Assembly (NCBI GenBank): GCA_963839255.1
Contig: CAWIUH010000007.1
Location: forward strand, 86,280 to 150,279
Source: an uncultured Acidimicrobiaceae bacterium
GTDB taxonomy: Bacteria; Actinomycetota; Acidimicrobiia; Acidimicrobiales; RAAP-2
DNA length: 64,000 bases
Reading direction: 5' to 3'
Position numbers and translations under genes: made by a program. Shown piece after piece: positions 47,795 to 57,920 of the stretch (positions within the stretch are counted from its first letter, which is position 1; each line of letters opens with the position of its first letter). The notes beneath the pieces were generated by a model. It searched no databases, was not told the DNA's origin, and saw nothing but the letters and a program-made list of their open reading frames with translations.

Positions 47795-49426
47795 GTGACC
47801 ACTTTCGAGCGCGGCGCTTCCTTGCGCGCGATGGCCAGTTCCACCTTTGACGTCGTCGTGATCGGCGCGGGCATGACGGGCGCCGGTGTCGCACTGGACG
47901 CAGCGTCGCGCGGGCTGCGCGTCGCGCTCATTGATCGCGGCGATATCGCCTCGGGCACGAGTTCCAAGTCGTCCAAGATGGTCCACGGCGGCCTGCGATA
48001 TCTCCAGCAAAAAGAGTTCCGCCTGGTCTACGAGAACCTTCGCGAACGTCAACGACTCCTGCGCAATGCGCCGTATCTCGTCGAACCGCTCCCGTTTCTC
48101 ATCCCGCTCTTTGGCACGAACGGCGTGGCGTCCCGAGCGCTCGTCAAGGGCTACGCAACCGCCCTGCGCATCTACGACCTGAGCGGCGGATGGCGCATCG
48201 GACACCGCTATCGGCGTATCACGGCGGACGAAGCCATCGCCCATCTGCCGACGCTGCGCACCGATCGCCTCGTAGCCGGCTTCCTCTACTACGACGCGCG
48301 CGGCGACGACGCGCGCGTAGCTCTCGTGCTCGCCAAGACCGCCGCGCTCTCCTACGGTGCCCAGGTCGCCACCTACGCGCGAGCTCTTGACGTGGTGAAG
48401 AATGACGCGGGCCGCGTCCAGGCGCTGCGCATTCGCGACGAACTTTCAGGCGACGAGTTCGAGATTGCGACGCTCTCGGTGATCAACGCGACGGGGGTAT
48501 GGGCCGACAACGTGTTCACCATGGCCGAGCACCGCACGTCTCATCGCATCACTCCGGCCAAGGGCGTGCACGTCAGTGTCTCGTCGTCTCGACTGCCCGC
48601 CGACGTGGCGGCCGTGTTCAACGTGCCCAACGATCGACGCAATGTCTTCGTTGTGCCGTTCGTCGACGCGCCCTACACCTACGTGGGCACAACGGACACC
48701 GCCTACGAGGGCTCGCTGGACGAACCGCTGTGCGCGCCCGACGACGTCGCCTACTTGCTGAGTGCGGTGAACGCGTCCACGTCATCTAATCTCGGCGTCG
48801 ACGACGTGACGGGCGTGTGGGCCGGACTTCGTCCACTCCTCGCCCCGGAATCCGGACGCACGATTAGCGAGCGCACGGCCGACCTGTCGCGCCGACATCG
48901 CGTGAGCGACTCGCGTGACGGTGTCATGCATGTCACGGGTGGGAAGTGGACGACATATCGCCAGATGGCCCAAGATGCCGTGGACGCCCTCTCTCCCTAC
49001 GTCTCTCCTCTCGGACGGGTACGCACGAAGTCTCTGGCCCTCTTCGGCGTGGGAGAGTGGCGTCCCTCCAACGAACTCGAGACGCACCTGTACCGGCGCT
49101 TCGGCGAGCAGGCCCAAGAGATCCTGACGCTGATCGATAACGATCCCTCGCTCGCGGATGTACCCCTAGCTGATCAGCCCTACCTCGCGGCCGAGTTCGT
49201 CTACAGCGCGGGTCACGAGATGGTGAGTTCACTCATCGACCTGCTCACGCGACGCAGTCGCGCCCACTTGCAGAATGCCCGCACCACCGCGCAGGGGGCT
49301 GAGTCAGTAGCGCGGCTCGTTGCGCCGATACTTGGTTGGAACGAGGACGACATTCGTCGTGAAGTCGACGCGTACCTCTCGATGGCGAACGTCGAGTTCG
49401 CCGCGGCCGGACTGCAGCTCGCGTGA
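47795..49426 (+). CDS. glpD: FAD-dependent glycerol-3-phosphate dehydrogenase/oxidase family protein
   Basis: IGAGMTG, GTSSKSSKMVHGGLRYL, GTTD, AGLRPL, GGKWTTYR. Confidence 0.9.
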   Translation: MTTFERGASLRAMASSTFDVVVIGAGMTGAGVALDAASRGLRVALIDRGDIASGTSSKSSKMVHGGLRYLQQKEFRLVYENLRERQRLLRNAPYLVEPLPFLIPLFGTNGVASRALVKGYATALRIYDLSGGWRIGHRYRRITADEAIAHLPTLRTDRLVAGFLYYDARGDDARVALVLAKTAALSYGAQVATYARALDVVKNDAGRVQALRIRDELSGDEFEIATLSVINATGVWADNVFTMAEHRTSHRITPAKGVHVSVSSSRLPADVAAVFNVPNDRRNVFVVPFVDAPYTYVGTTDTAYEGSLDEPLCAPDDVAYLLSAVNASTSSNLGVDDVTGVWAGLRPLLAPESGRTISERTADLSRRHRVSDSRDGVMHVTGGKWTTYRQMAQDAVDALSPYVSPLGRVRTKSLALFGVGEWRPSNELETHLYRRFGEQAQEILTLIDNDPSLADVPLADQPYLAAEFVYSAGHEMVSSLIDLLTRRSRAHLQNARTTAQGAESVARLVAPILGWNEDDIRREVDAYLSMANVEFAAAGLQLA

Positions 49427-50862
49427 GCGAGCCCACGATGCCCAACGCCTACCCGGTCGACCTCGACGCACCCGACCCTCTGTCGAGCGCCCTCGTCAGG
49501 GAACTGTCGATGGCTGGACTCGAGGTCGACACCTCGACGATCGAACGCGCGAACCACTCGAGAGATTGGTGGCCCCGGCTCATCCCCGAGGTGGCGGCCG
49601 GTCGCGTTGAGAACTGGCCGTCGGCCGTCGTGAGAGTCACCAGTACCGCCGATGTCCAAGCGACTCTGCGCATCGCGACTGCGCACCGTCTCGCCGTCAC
49701 ACCTCAGGGCGGTCGTTCCAGCGTGGTCGGTGGCGCCACGCCCGTGACCGGCGGCATCGCCCTCGACCTCACTGCTATCAGTCGGATACTTGACCTCGAC
49801 GAGGTCTCCGGCACCGTACGCGTTGAGGTAGGCGTCTTTGGCCCGGACCTCGAAGAGTTCCTCAACGTTCACGGCTTTACCGTGGGGCACTTTCCACAGT
49901 CCTTCGATCTCGCCACCGTGGGCGGCTGGATCGCGAGTCGCGGGGCCGGCCAATTCTCGAATCGCTACGGCACCATCGACGATCTGGTGCGTGCGCTCAC
50001 CGTGGTCCTGGCCAGTGGCGAGGTGGTGCATTTCGGCGGGCGGGGACCGCGCGAGGCCGTCGGACCAGAACTCGCGCGGCTCTTCATCGGTTCCGAGGGA
50101 ACCCTGGGGGTCATCACCGAGGCGACTCTCTTGGTGCGACGTCGCGCCCACTACCACCGACGCCGCGCCTACTCCTTTTCGACCTTCGCCGACGGCCTGG
50201 AGGCATGTCGTCGCATTCTCCAGCGCGGCGCGCGCCCCGCGGTCCTGCGCCTCTACGACGAATCAGAGTCGACGCGCCACTTCGATCTGGCCGACTGCGC
50301 GTTGATCGTGCTCGACGAGGGCGACCCGCACATGGTGGACGCCACGATGGCCGTGGTGGACGAGGAGTGCTCGTCGGCCGAAACCCGCGAGTCGGCGCTC
50401 GTCGAACGGTGGCTCGAGCGACGCAACGACGTCGGTGCCCTCGCTCCCCTGTGGGGGCGCGGCGTCGCGGTAGACACGATCGAGGTCGCCGGACCTTGGT
50501 CGATTCTGCCCTTGCTCCACCGGGGAGTCAGCGACTCGCTGCGCGCGCTCGAGGGGATGTACGTCGTGTCGGTCCACCAGTCGCACGCGTACGACGACGG
50601 AGCGTGTCTCTACTTCACCTTCGCCGGACAGTCGAACGACGCCGATTCGTTCTACCGAAGCGCGTGGGACGTGGCGATGGCCGAAGTGATGGCACTCGGA
50701 GGTGCGATCAGTCACCACCATGGGATCGGTCGTAACCGTGCGCGCTTCGTCAAGAGCGCACTCGGCGACTCCTTTGGCCTCTTGGCTGACATCAAGAGTT
50801 TGCTCGATCCCGAGGGCATCATGAACCCCGGGGTCCTCGGTTTGGGAGCCGACCCGTGGTGA
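49423..50862 (+). CDS. FAD-linked oxidase, alkylglycerone-phosphate synthase (AGPS)-like
   Basis: GG.SSVVGG, GHFPQSF...TVGGW...GAGQ.S.RYG, RLYD..E, SHAY, ISHHHGIG, DP.GIMNPG. Confidence 0.82.
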   Translation: MSEPTMPNAYPVDLDAPDPLSSALVRELSMAGLEVDTSTIERANHSRDWWPRLIPEVAAGRVENWPSAVVRVTSTADVQATLRIATAHRLAVTPQGGRSSVVGGATPVTGGIALDLTAISRILDLDEVSGTVRVEVGVFGPDLEEFLNVHGFTVGHFPQSFDLATVGGWIASRGAGQFSNRYGTIDDLVRALTVVLASGEVVHFGGRGPREAVGPELARLFIGSEGTLGVITEATLLVRRRAHYHRRRAYSFSTFADGLEACRRILQRGARPAVLRLYDESESTRHFDLADCALIVLDEGDPHMVDATMAVVDEECSSAETRESALVERWLERRNDVGALAPLWGRGVAVDTIEVAGPWSILPLLHRGVSDSLRALEGMYVVSVHQSHAYDDGACLYFTFAGQSNDADSFYRSAWDVAMAEVMALGGAISHHHGIGRNRARFVKSALGDSFGLLADIKSLLDPEGIMNPGVLGLGADPW

Positions 50863-52304
50863 GGGCGCTTGCCATCGACGTCGGCTCCTCGTCGCTGCGC
50901 ACGGCGTTGGTCGACGAGAGTGGCACGGTCAGTTGCGTCCACCAGCGAGCGCTGCACGTTGCGAATCCTCATCCAGGCGAAGTCGAGTTAGATCCCGCAG
51001 AGATCGCCACCACGACCCTCGAACTCGCGCACCAGACCCTGCAAGACGCCGGGGGCTGCGACTGCGTGGGGATCACCAATCAGCGCGCGACCACGGTGGT
51101 CTTCGAGCCCCGCAGCGCTACTCCCGTCGGACCGGCGCTTAGTTGGCAGGACCTGCGCACTGTCGTGGACTGCCTGATCCTCCAGGGCGAAGGACTGGCC
51201 CTGGCACCCAATCAGTCCGCGACCAAGATCAAGTGGCTTCTCCAACAGTCCGGTCGCCCCGCGCGCGAACTGCGATTCGCGACATTGGAGACGTGGCTCG
51301 CGTGGCACCTGAGTGACGGTGAGGTCTACGTCTCGGATCGCTCGAACGCCTGCGTCAGTGGGCTCGTCGACACGACGGTCGCGCGATGGGACGAACGCGC
51401 ACTCGGCCTCCTGGGCATCGCGGAGGTTGGCCTGCCGGATCTCGTCGACACGATCGGCCCCGTGGGCGCGGCGCGCGCCCTACCCGGCTCTCCTCCGTTG
51501 ACGGCGCTGGTGGGTGATCAACCCGCGTCGCTCTTCGGCCAGTCCTGTGGAATCTCCCAGGCGAAGATCACCTTCGGTACGGGCGGCATCCTCGACGTGA
51601 TTCACCCGGCGAGCGCTCCCAACTCGCTGGGACGAAACCACTCGGGCTGCTACCCCATGGTGATGCGCAGTCAGAACGACGCCATCACGTGGGGGGTCGA
51701 GGGCATTGTCTTCAGCGCCGGATCGTGCGTGCAGTGGCTGGTCGACCTGGCGATCATCAGTGACGTAGCGGCCAGCGGCGAACTCGCGGCCTCGGTCAAC
51801 TCCACCGACGGTGTCGATTTTGTGCCCGCGTTCGCGGGCCTGGGCACGCCGTGGTGGGACTTCGGGGCACGCGGCGGCTTCTTTGGCCTCACCCGAGGAT
51901 CGAGCAGCGCGCACCTGGCGCGTGCGGTCCTCGAGGGTGTGGCCCAGCGGGGTGCGGACCTGATCGACGCTGCCGAATCCGAGGTGGGATCACCGCTCAC
52001 CGAGGTCCGTCTCGATGGCGGCATGAGTGCGAATCGATTCTTCGTCCAACGCCTCGCGGACTTTTCCGGTCGCGTCTGCGAGGTCTCGTCGGAACGTGAA
52101 GCGACCACGCGGGGGGCCGGGCTCATGGCCCTCGTCGGTGCAGGTCACCTCAGCCTCGAAGACGTGGAGTCTCTGTGGTCACCCGGTTTCGTCGCGTCTC
52201 CTTCGCTCGACCAGTCAACGCGCGAGTCGCTGCGCTCTCACTGGCTCCAAAGTGTCGAGCGGGCTGCGCGAACGATTCCCGAACTCTCGGCGGTGTCGTT
52301 CTAG
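50859..52304 (+). CDS. FGGY-family kinase, divergent glycerol kinase-like
   Basis: IDVGSSS, ITNQRATT, WQD.RT, GDQPASLFG, FGTG, PAFAGLGTPWWD, DGGM. Confidence 0.88.
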   Translation: MRALAIDVGSSSLRTALVDESGTVSCVHQRALHVANPHPGEVELDPAEIATTTLELAHQTLQDAGGCDCVGITNQRATTVVFEPRSATPVGPALSWQDLRTVVDCLILQGEGLALAPNQSATKIKWLLQQSGRPARELRFATLETWLAWHLSDGEVYVSDRSNACVSGLVDTTVARWDERALGLLGIAEVGLPDLVDTIGPVGAARALPGSPPLTALVGDQPASLFGQSCGISQAKITFGTGGILDVIHPASAPNSLGRNHSGCYPMVMRSQNDAITWGVEGIVFSAGSCVQWLVDLAIISDVAASGELAASVNSTDGVDFVPAFAGLGTPWWDFGARGGFFGLTRGSSSAHLARAVLEGVAQRGADLIDAAESEVGSPLTEVRLDGGMSANRFFVQRLADFSGRVCEVSSEREATTRGAGLMALVGAGHLSLEDVESLWSPGFVASPSLDQSTRESLRSHWLQSVERAARTIPELSAVSF

Positions 52305-53521
52305 GCGGCCCAGGGCCCGCGCGCGAGAGCGTCGTCGATCGTCGTGACGTCATCGAGGAGAACCTTGGACGTGGCGAGGCCCCTCGGGTTGTTCAGGCCG
52401 AGAATGCCGGTCACGAGACCATTGCGCACGTACAGGGCCAGCCACTTGAGTTCCTCGTCGCTACCCGAGACCCGTACGACCTCATCCTCAGCGCGCGGGT
52501 GCCCGAGCATCTGAATCTTCTTGCCGTACTGGTCGGACCAGAAGTACGGCACGGCGGGCTTGGCTGCTTCACCCATCCAGTAGTGCGCGAGATGCCACGC
52601 GTGATCGGCCGCGACCTGCCAGTGCTCAACGCGGATGTGCTCGAGCTCGCCTCCCCCGCGGTACGCGAATCGCGCCACGTCGCCGATCGCTCCGACGTTT
52701 GGGGCCGCTTGGAGGTTCTCATCGACCCGTACGCCCTCGTCGAGGAGGAGTCCCGAGCCTTCCAGCCACCCGAGGTCGAGGGCAGAACCGATGGCTGCAA
52801 TCACCGCTCCCACCTCTAGCGCCGGTCCTTCGTCGAACTCGATGAAGTACGAGGCCTTGGCGGTGAGGATGTCGCGGATGTGCTGGCGAGTGCGCAGTTC
52901 GATGCCCGCCGCGGGGGCAAGGCGCGCGAGCCACTCTGATGCCTCTTCGCCGACCACCCCGACCAGCGGGCGCTCGGCCGCTTCGAGAACGACGGGGCGA
53001 AGACCCCGTGCGGCGAGCGACGTCGCCACCTCGGCTCCCACAAATCCGCCACCAATCACCGCGAACGCGGTTCCGGGCGCGAGGCGCGACACTGTCTCAT
53101 TGAGACGCGTGACGTCATCGGCGGTGCGCAGCGTCAGCAGGGGTCCGCTACCGGCGAAACTCAGCGACCGTGCGCGCGTGCCGGTCGCCACCACGACGTG
53201 CGTACCAGAGATCTGCGTCCCGTCGTCAAGTTCGACCCCTGTGGCCGCCGCGTCCAAGCCCACGACGCGCCGACCCAGACGTAGATTCACTCCCGCCGTC
53301 TCGAGCTTCACCGGTGTGGCGAGGGTTGCCTTGTCGAGGTCCCACTTGCCCGAAAGGATCTGCTTGGACAGCGGGGGCCGGTCGTAGGGCGCGTGCGCCT
53401 CGTCTCCCACGATGGTCACTGCCCCCCGGTACCCCAGTTGGCGCAGGATCTCGGCGAAGCGCCAGCCGGCCAAGCCAGCACCCACGACCACGACGTGGTC
53501 GTCGGGGCCTAGTGGGTTCAC
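52301..53521 (-). CDS. Ferredoxin reductase-like NAD(P)/FAD oxidoreductase
   Basis: GAGLAG, PYDRPPLSK, GGGFVGAE, GDVA, EHW, PYFWSDQY. Confidence 0.9.
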   Translation of the reverse strand: MNPLGPDDHVVVVGAGLAGWRFAEILRQLGYRGAVTIVGDEAHAPYDRPPLSKQILSGKWDLDKATLATPVKLETAGVNLRLGRRVVGLDAAATGVELDDGTQISGTHVVVATGTRARSLSFAGSGPLLTLRTADDVTRLNETVSRLAPGTAFAVIGGGFVGAEVATSLAARGLRPVVLEAAERPLVGVVGEEASEWLARLAPAAGIELRTRQHIRDILTAKASYFIEFDEGPALEVGAVIAAIGSALDLGWLEGSGLLLDEGVRVDENLQAAPNVGAIGDVARFAYRGGGELEHIRVEHWQVAADHAWHLAHYWMGEAAKPAVPYFWSDQYGKKIQMLGHPRAEDEVVRVSGSDEELKWLALYVRNGLVTGILGLNNPRGLATSKVLLDDVTTIDDALARGPWAA

Positions 53522-54237
53522 GACGAGCCAAAGATCGTGAGCCACTGCTCACGAGTGGCTGGCGCAAAGACCCGATTGCGCGCACGTATCGCGCCGAGCG
53601 AGAGTGACGCCTCGGGCGAGTACTTATGGCCAGGAAACACCACCGTCTCGTCCGCCATCGGCGCGAGTCGCTCGGTCAGCGTGCGATACATCTCTCCGGC
53701 GTCGCCCCCGGGAAAGTCCACGCGTCCGCAGCCGTCAACGAACAGCGTGTCACCACTCAACAGTCGACCGTCCACCAGCACACACTGACTACCGGGCGTG
53801 TGTCCGGGGGTGTGGATCAGCGTGAGATCGATCTCGCCGACGCGCACCTGATCACCACTCTCGTGCGCCACGAGCGCACTGGGTTTGATGTCGGTGCGTT
53901 CGGTGATCCACCAGACCTCTTCGGCCTGCACGTGGACCGGAACGTCACTGAGTTCCATCAACTCCGCCACGCCGGCAATGCGCTGGTTGCCGATGAAGGT
54001 GCCCCCGATGTGATCGGGGTGGGAGTGCGTCGCAATGACACCCACCAAGATCATCCCGTCCTCGGCGAGGGCGTCCAAGAGTTCTTGGGGTCGGTAGGCG
54101 GGGTCGACCAAGACGGCCTCACCGCTACGCCGATCGCCAATCGCGTACGTGAAGTTACGCATCGAGAGCGCGACCGCGTCGCCCACCGCAAAGTCACTGC
54201 CGGACAGAAACTGACGGAAGTACAGGTGTTCGTTCAT
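53518..54237 (-). CDS. Metallo-beta-lactamase fold hydrolase (glyoxalase II-like)
   Basis: THSHPDH, HTPGHTPGS, SGDTLF, PGH. Confidence 0.9.
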   Translation of the reverse strand: MNEHLYFRQFLSGSDFAVGDAVALSMRNFTYAIGDRRSGEAVLVDPAYRPQELLDALAEDGMILVGVIATHSHPDHIGGTFIGNQRIAGVAELMELSDVPVHVQAEEVWWITERTDIKPSALVAHESGDQVRVGEIDLTLIHTPGHTPGSQCVLVDGRLLSGDTLFVDGCGRVDFPGGDAGEMYRTLTERLAPMADETVVFPGHKYSPEASLSLGAIRARNRVFAPATREQWLTIFGSS

Positions 54238-54443
54238 TCGTCCTCAATGATTCGACTAATACGCGGGGTCAACTCTTCCACCTTGGCCTTCGTGAGGGCT
54301 AGTCGCTCCTCGAGGGCCTCGATGATCGCGGTCGCGCGCTCGAGCTTGGCGAAGAGCTCGTCGACCGATACCTCACCCTCATCGAATGACGCAACGATCG
54401 CGTTGAGCTCATCAGCCGCATCGTTCCACTCATTCACGCTCAC
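54234..54443 (-). CDS. xseB: Exodeoxyribonuclease VII small subunit
   Basis: EL..IV...D.GEVSVDEL...LERA; AAGGAG RBS; follows xseA. Confidence 0.85.
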   Translation of the reverse strand: MSVNEWNDAADELNAIVASFDEGEVSVDELFAKLERATAIIEALEERLALTKAKVEELTPRISRIIEDE

Positions 54444-55703
54444 GTCGTCTCCTTTTGTGTTACGTGGGCGCCGAAGGTTCCGTCGCTCACACGAACGTCC
54501 ACGTCGTCGCCGACGCCGATATCCCTCAGAGACCTTACGACCGCGCCCTGGGCGTTCGTGACCACCGACCATCCCTGAGCGAGACGACGAGCGGGGTCGT
54601 AGGCGACCAGGAGCTGGCGATTCGATTGGAGCATGAGTTCCGCCGAACGCAGGACGGCTCGGCCCTGAACGACGAGGCGGTCTCGGGTCGTGGCCAAGTG
54701 TCGCTCTTCGCCACGCAGCCGGTCACGCACCGCGAACATCATGGTGCGGCGGCGCTCGGACAGGTAGGTCGAGGCCTCGTCCAATACGTCGCCCGAGTAC
54801 TCGAGGAGTCGACGCGCTGGCTCCTCGACGTTCGACTCGTACCATCGCGCCACGATGGCGACAACTTCCTCCCCAAGCTTGGTGGGCGTAATGGCGCGCG
54901 TGTGAGCCATCAGGTCGGCGACCGACTCATCTCCCGTGTGGCCGATTCCCGTAAACACGGGCGTCGTGCAGTGGGCGATCGCCCGGGCGACGCGTTCGTC
55001 GTCGAAGCATGCGAGGTCGCCCTTGGATCCCCCGCCGCGCACCACGCAGATGATGTCGACGCCGTGATCGTCGAGCACGGCGAGCGCGGCTGCGATCTGG
55101 GGCGGCGCGCCCTCCCCTTGGACCAAGGTCTTGACCAGCGTGACCTCAAAGCTGAAGGGCGAGTTCAACAACTGACCGGTGAAGTCGTTATAGCCCTCGG
55201 TTCCGGGGCTCGCCACCAGACCCACGCGCAGAGGAACCGCGGAGAGCGCGGTGTGCTTGTTCTTGTCGACGAGCCCTTCACTCAGGAGTCGAGCGATGAG
55301 TTCCTGGCGTCGTCGAGCGACGTCGCCCAAGAGGCCCTCGACGTCGATGTCGGTGATGGTAAAGCCGATTCGCCCCTGGGGGGCGTAGAGGTCGACGTAG
55401 CCGTAGACGTTCACGACCATCCCGGCCTGGAGCACCACGCCCTCGGCGGCGAGACGCTTCTTCAGAGGTCCCCACGGCGTGGCCCAGCAGTGGGCGTTGA
55501 GCACGGGTCGCTTGGTGTCGCTGTGGCGTCCCCGCGTCCACCAGGTCGAGGTAGACGTGACCCTTTTCGTAGACCTTGGCGATCTCGCCGCGCACCCAGC
55601 GCGGCCGGCGCCGCCCGAATCCCTCTTCCAGGTGGGCGGTCAGCAGTTGGTAGAACTGGGCGACTTCGAGGACTTCGTCACTCGTCTCGACGTCCATCGC
55701 CAT
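54440..55703 (-). CDS. xseA: Exodeoxyribonuclease VII large subunit, frameshifted near 55530
   Basis: WVRGEI...GHVYLDL in 55278..55703; VQGE.A, RGGGS..DL..F, TGIGH..D, TPT in 54440..55504. Confidence 0.9.
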
Positions 55704-55776
55704 TGTGCGAGGCTACCAACCGCTTTGTAACACAACTGTCGCTTGTTGCCGGTGGGTCAATGTGCCAAAATTATTC

Positions 55777-56145
55777 AGGATGGTGAGTCGACTGGGTGGT
55801 CGCACCGGGCGGTGACGCTCGGTGAGGAAAGTCGGGGCTCCACAGGGCAGGGTGCTCACGAAATGTGAGTCGCGGCGACGTGCAGGATAGTGCCACAGAA
55901 AACAGACCGCCGATGGCTCGGGTAACCGAGTACAGGTAAGGGTGAAACGGTGCGGTAAAAGCGCACCAGCGCCGTGGGCGACCACGGTGGCTTGGTAAAC
56001 CCCACCCGGAGCAAGATCAAACATGGGAGGCGGCCCGCGCGCCTCGTAACAGAGGCACTCCCGAGGTAGATCGCTGAGATGGATGGCCGCCCAGCCTTCG
56101 CAAGAAGGTGGACAGAACCCCGCTTACAGGTCGACTCACCATCCT
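55777..56145 (+). ncRNA. rnpB: RNase P RNA, bacterial type A
   Basis: P1 AGGATGGTGAGTCGAC/GTCGACTCACCATCCT, GAGGAAAGTC.GGGCT, AGTGCCACAGAAA, GGTAAACCCC, ACAGAACCCCGCTTA. Confidence 0.97.
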
Positions 56146-56181
56146 TTGACCACTCACCACACGAATCAGAAAGGACATGAC

Positions 56182-57920
56182 GTGCCGCATCTGCCCTACC
56201 GCGAACTGCCGGTAGCGGACCCCGGCACGCCCAATACCGATTCGCCCGTTAGCTACTTGCGGTGGCTGGCCGGACATCAGCGCTGGCTCTTGAGCCTCAA
56301 CGCGCTCTTTGGCATCGGCTGGATGGTGGCCCAGGCCCTCGTCTGGTTCGCCGTCGGGTGCGGCCATCGACCAAGGGCGTCGAACGACACAACGATCGGC
56401 CAACTCTGGAAGTGGGTCGCTCGTGGTCGTGCGTCCTGGGCGTCATCCAGGCGGTCAGTGGATCGCTGCGCCACCAACTCGCCGTCACCAACTGGATGAG
56501 CGCGACGTATCGCACGATTCAGGTGGTGGGTACGCACATCACCACCACCGGCACGGCCCTCACCGACGAGATCCCCTCGGGTGACGTCGTGAACACGGTC
56601 GCGGCCGACGCCGTGCGCATGGGCAGCGCCTACGACAGCTTCGCCCGATTTTGCGGGCGCGATCGTGGCCTGGATCGTCGTGTCGTTCATCCTGCTCTCG
56701 ACCTCGGTCGAACTCGGCCTCGTGGTGCTTGCTCGGCGTTCCGATACTCGGCTCGCTCACCGTCCGCTTGATGGAGCCGCTGCATCGCACCCAGGCCGCT
56801 CAACGCGAGGCGGCGGGGCGGCTGGCGGCACTCGGGGTCGGACACCGTGGCCGGACTGCGAATTTTGCGCGGGCGTCGGGCGGCGAGGACGTCTTCTTCG
56901 AGAACTATCGCGCCCAGAGCCAGCGCGTGCGCGTCGGCGGGCGTGCGCGTCGCCTCACCCCAGGCCGGACTCGAGTCGGGACAGGTGCTCCTGCCGGCCA
57001 TCTTGACGGGCATCGTGACGTTCCTCGGGCGCTCGCGACGTGATGAACGGCACCCTGCAGGCCGGTCAACTCGTCGCGTTCTTCGGGTACTCGATGTTCC
57101 TCACCACTCCGCTGCGCACCGCCATCGACTACGTCATCCAGGCGACGCGCGCCTACGTCGGCGCGGGCAAGGTACTGCGCGTTCTGGCGATCGTGCCCAC
57201 GGTGACCAGCCCCGAGAATCCCCTCGCCTGGCCCGCGCGCATCACGCGACTCGAGGATCGTCGCAGCGGGCTCGTGCTCGAGCGCGGTCAGCTCTGCGCC
57301 ATGGTGACCGACCTCCCCGAGGACGCCGCCTACGCAAGCCGATCGCCTGGGGCGCTTCAGCGCCGACGACGCCGACGTCTTCGTCAACGGACTGCCGATC
57401 GCGAACTACGCCCTCGACGACGTGCGCTCGCACATGGTCGTGAGTGAGATCGAGCCCCGGCTCTTTTCGGGCGAGCTGCGCTACGAACTCATGCCGCACG
57501 AGGCGATCGACGACGAGCGCATCTACGCGGTGCTGCACGCCACCAGCTCGCTCGACGTGCTGGACGCACTCGACGAGGGACTCTCCACCACCGTCGAAGA
57601 GCGAGGCCGAGGTTTCTCGGGTGGTCAGCGCCAGCGCCTGAGCCTGGCGCGCGCCATCCTCACCAACGCTGAGGTGCTGGTACTAGTTGAGCCCACGTCG
57701 GCCGTCGACACCCACACCGAGGGACGCATCGCCGCGCGACTGCGCGAGATCCGCGGCGCCCACACGACCCTGCTCGCGACCACCAGTCCCCTGTTGCTCG
57801 AGCGAGATGGATCTCGTCTATCTCCTCGAGAACGGTCGCGTAGCCGACCAGGGCACCCACGACGAACTCGTGGCGCGCTCGGCGCGCTATCGCCAGATCG
57901 TTCTGCGCGAGGACAGCTGA
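56182..57920 (+). CDS. ABC exporter subunit (TMD plus degenerate NBD), multiple frameshifts
   Basis: Fragments DPGTP...YL.WLA, GLRILRG, GQLVAFFGY, FSGGQRQRL, VEPTSAVD spread over several frames. Confidence 0.78.

Noticed and set aside
54440-55703. xseA as a pseudogene
   Set aside because: A frameshift near a C/G run at the start of the error-rich zone; both parts and xseB are otherwise intact
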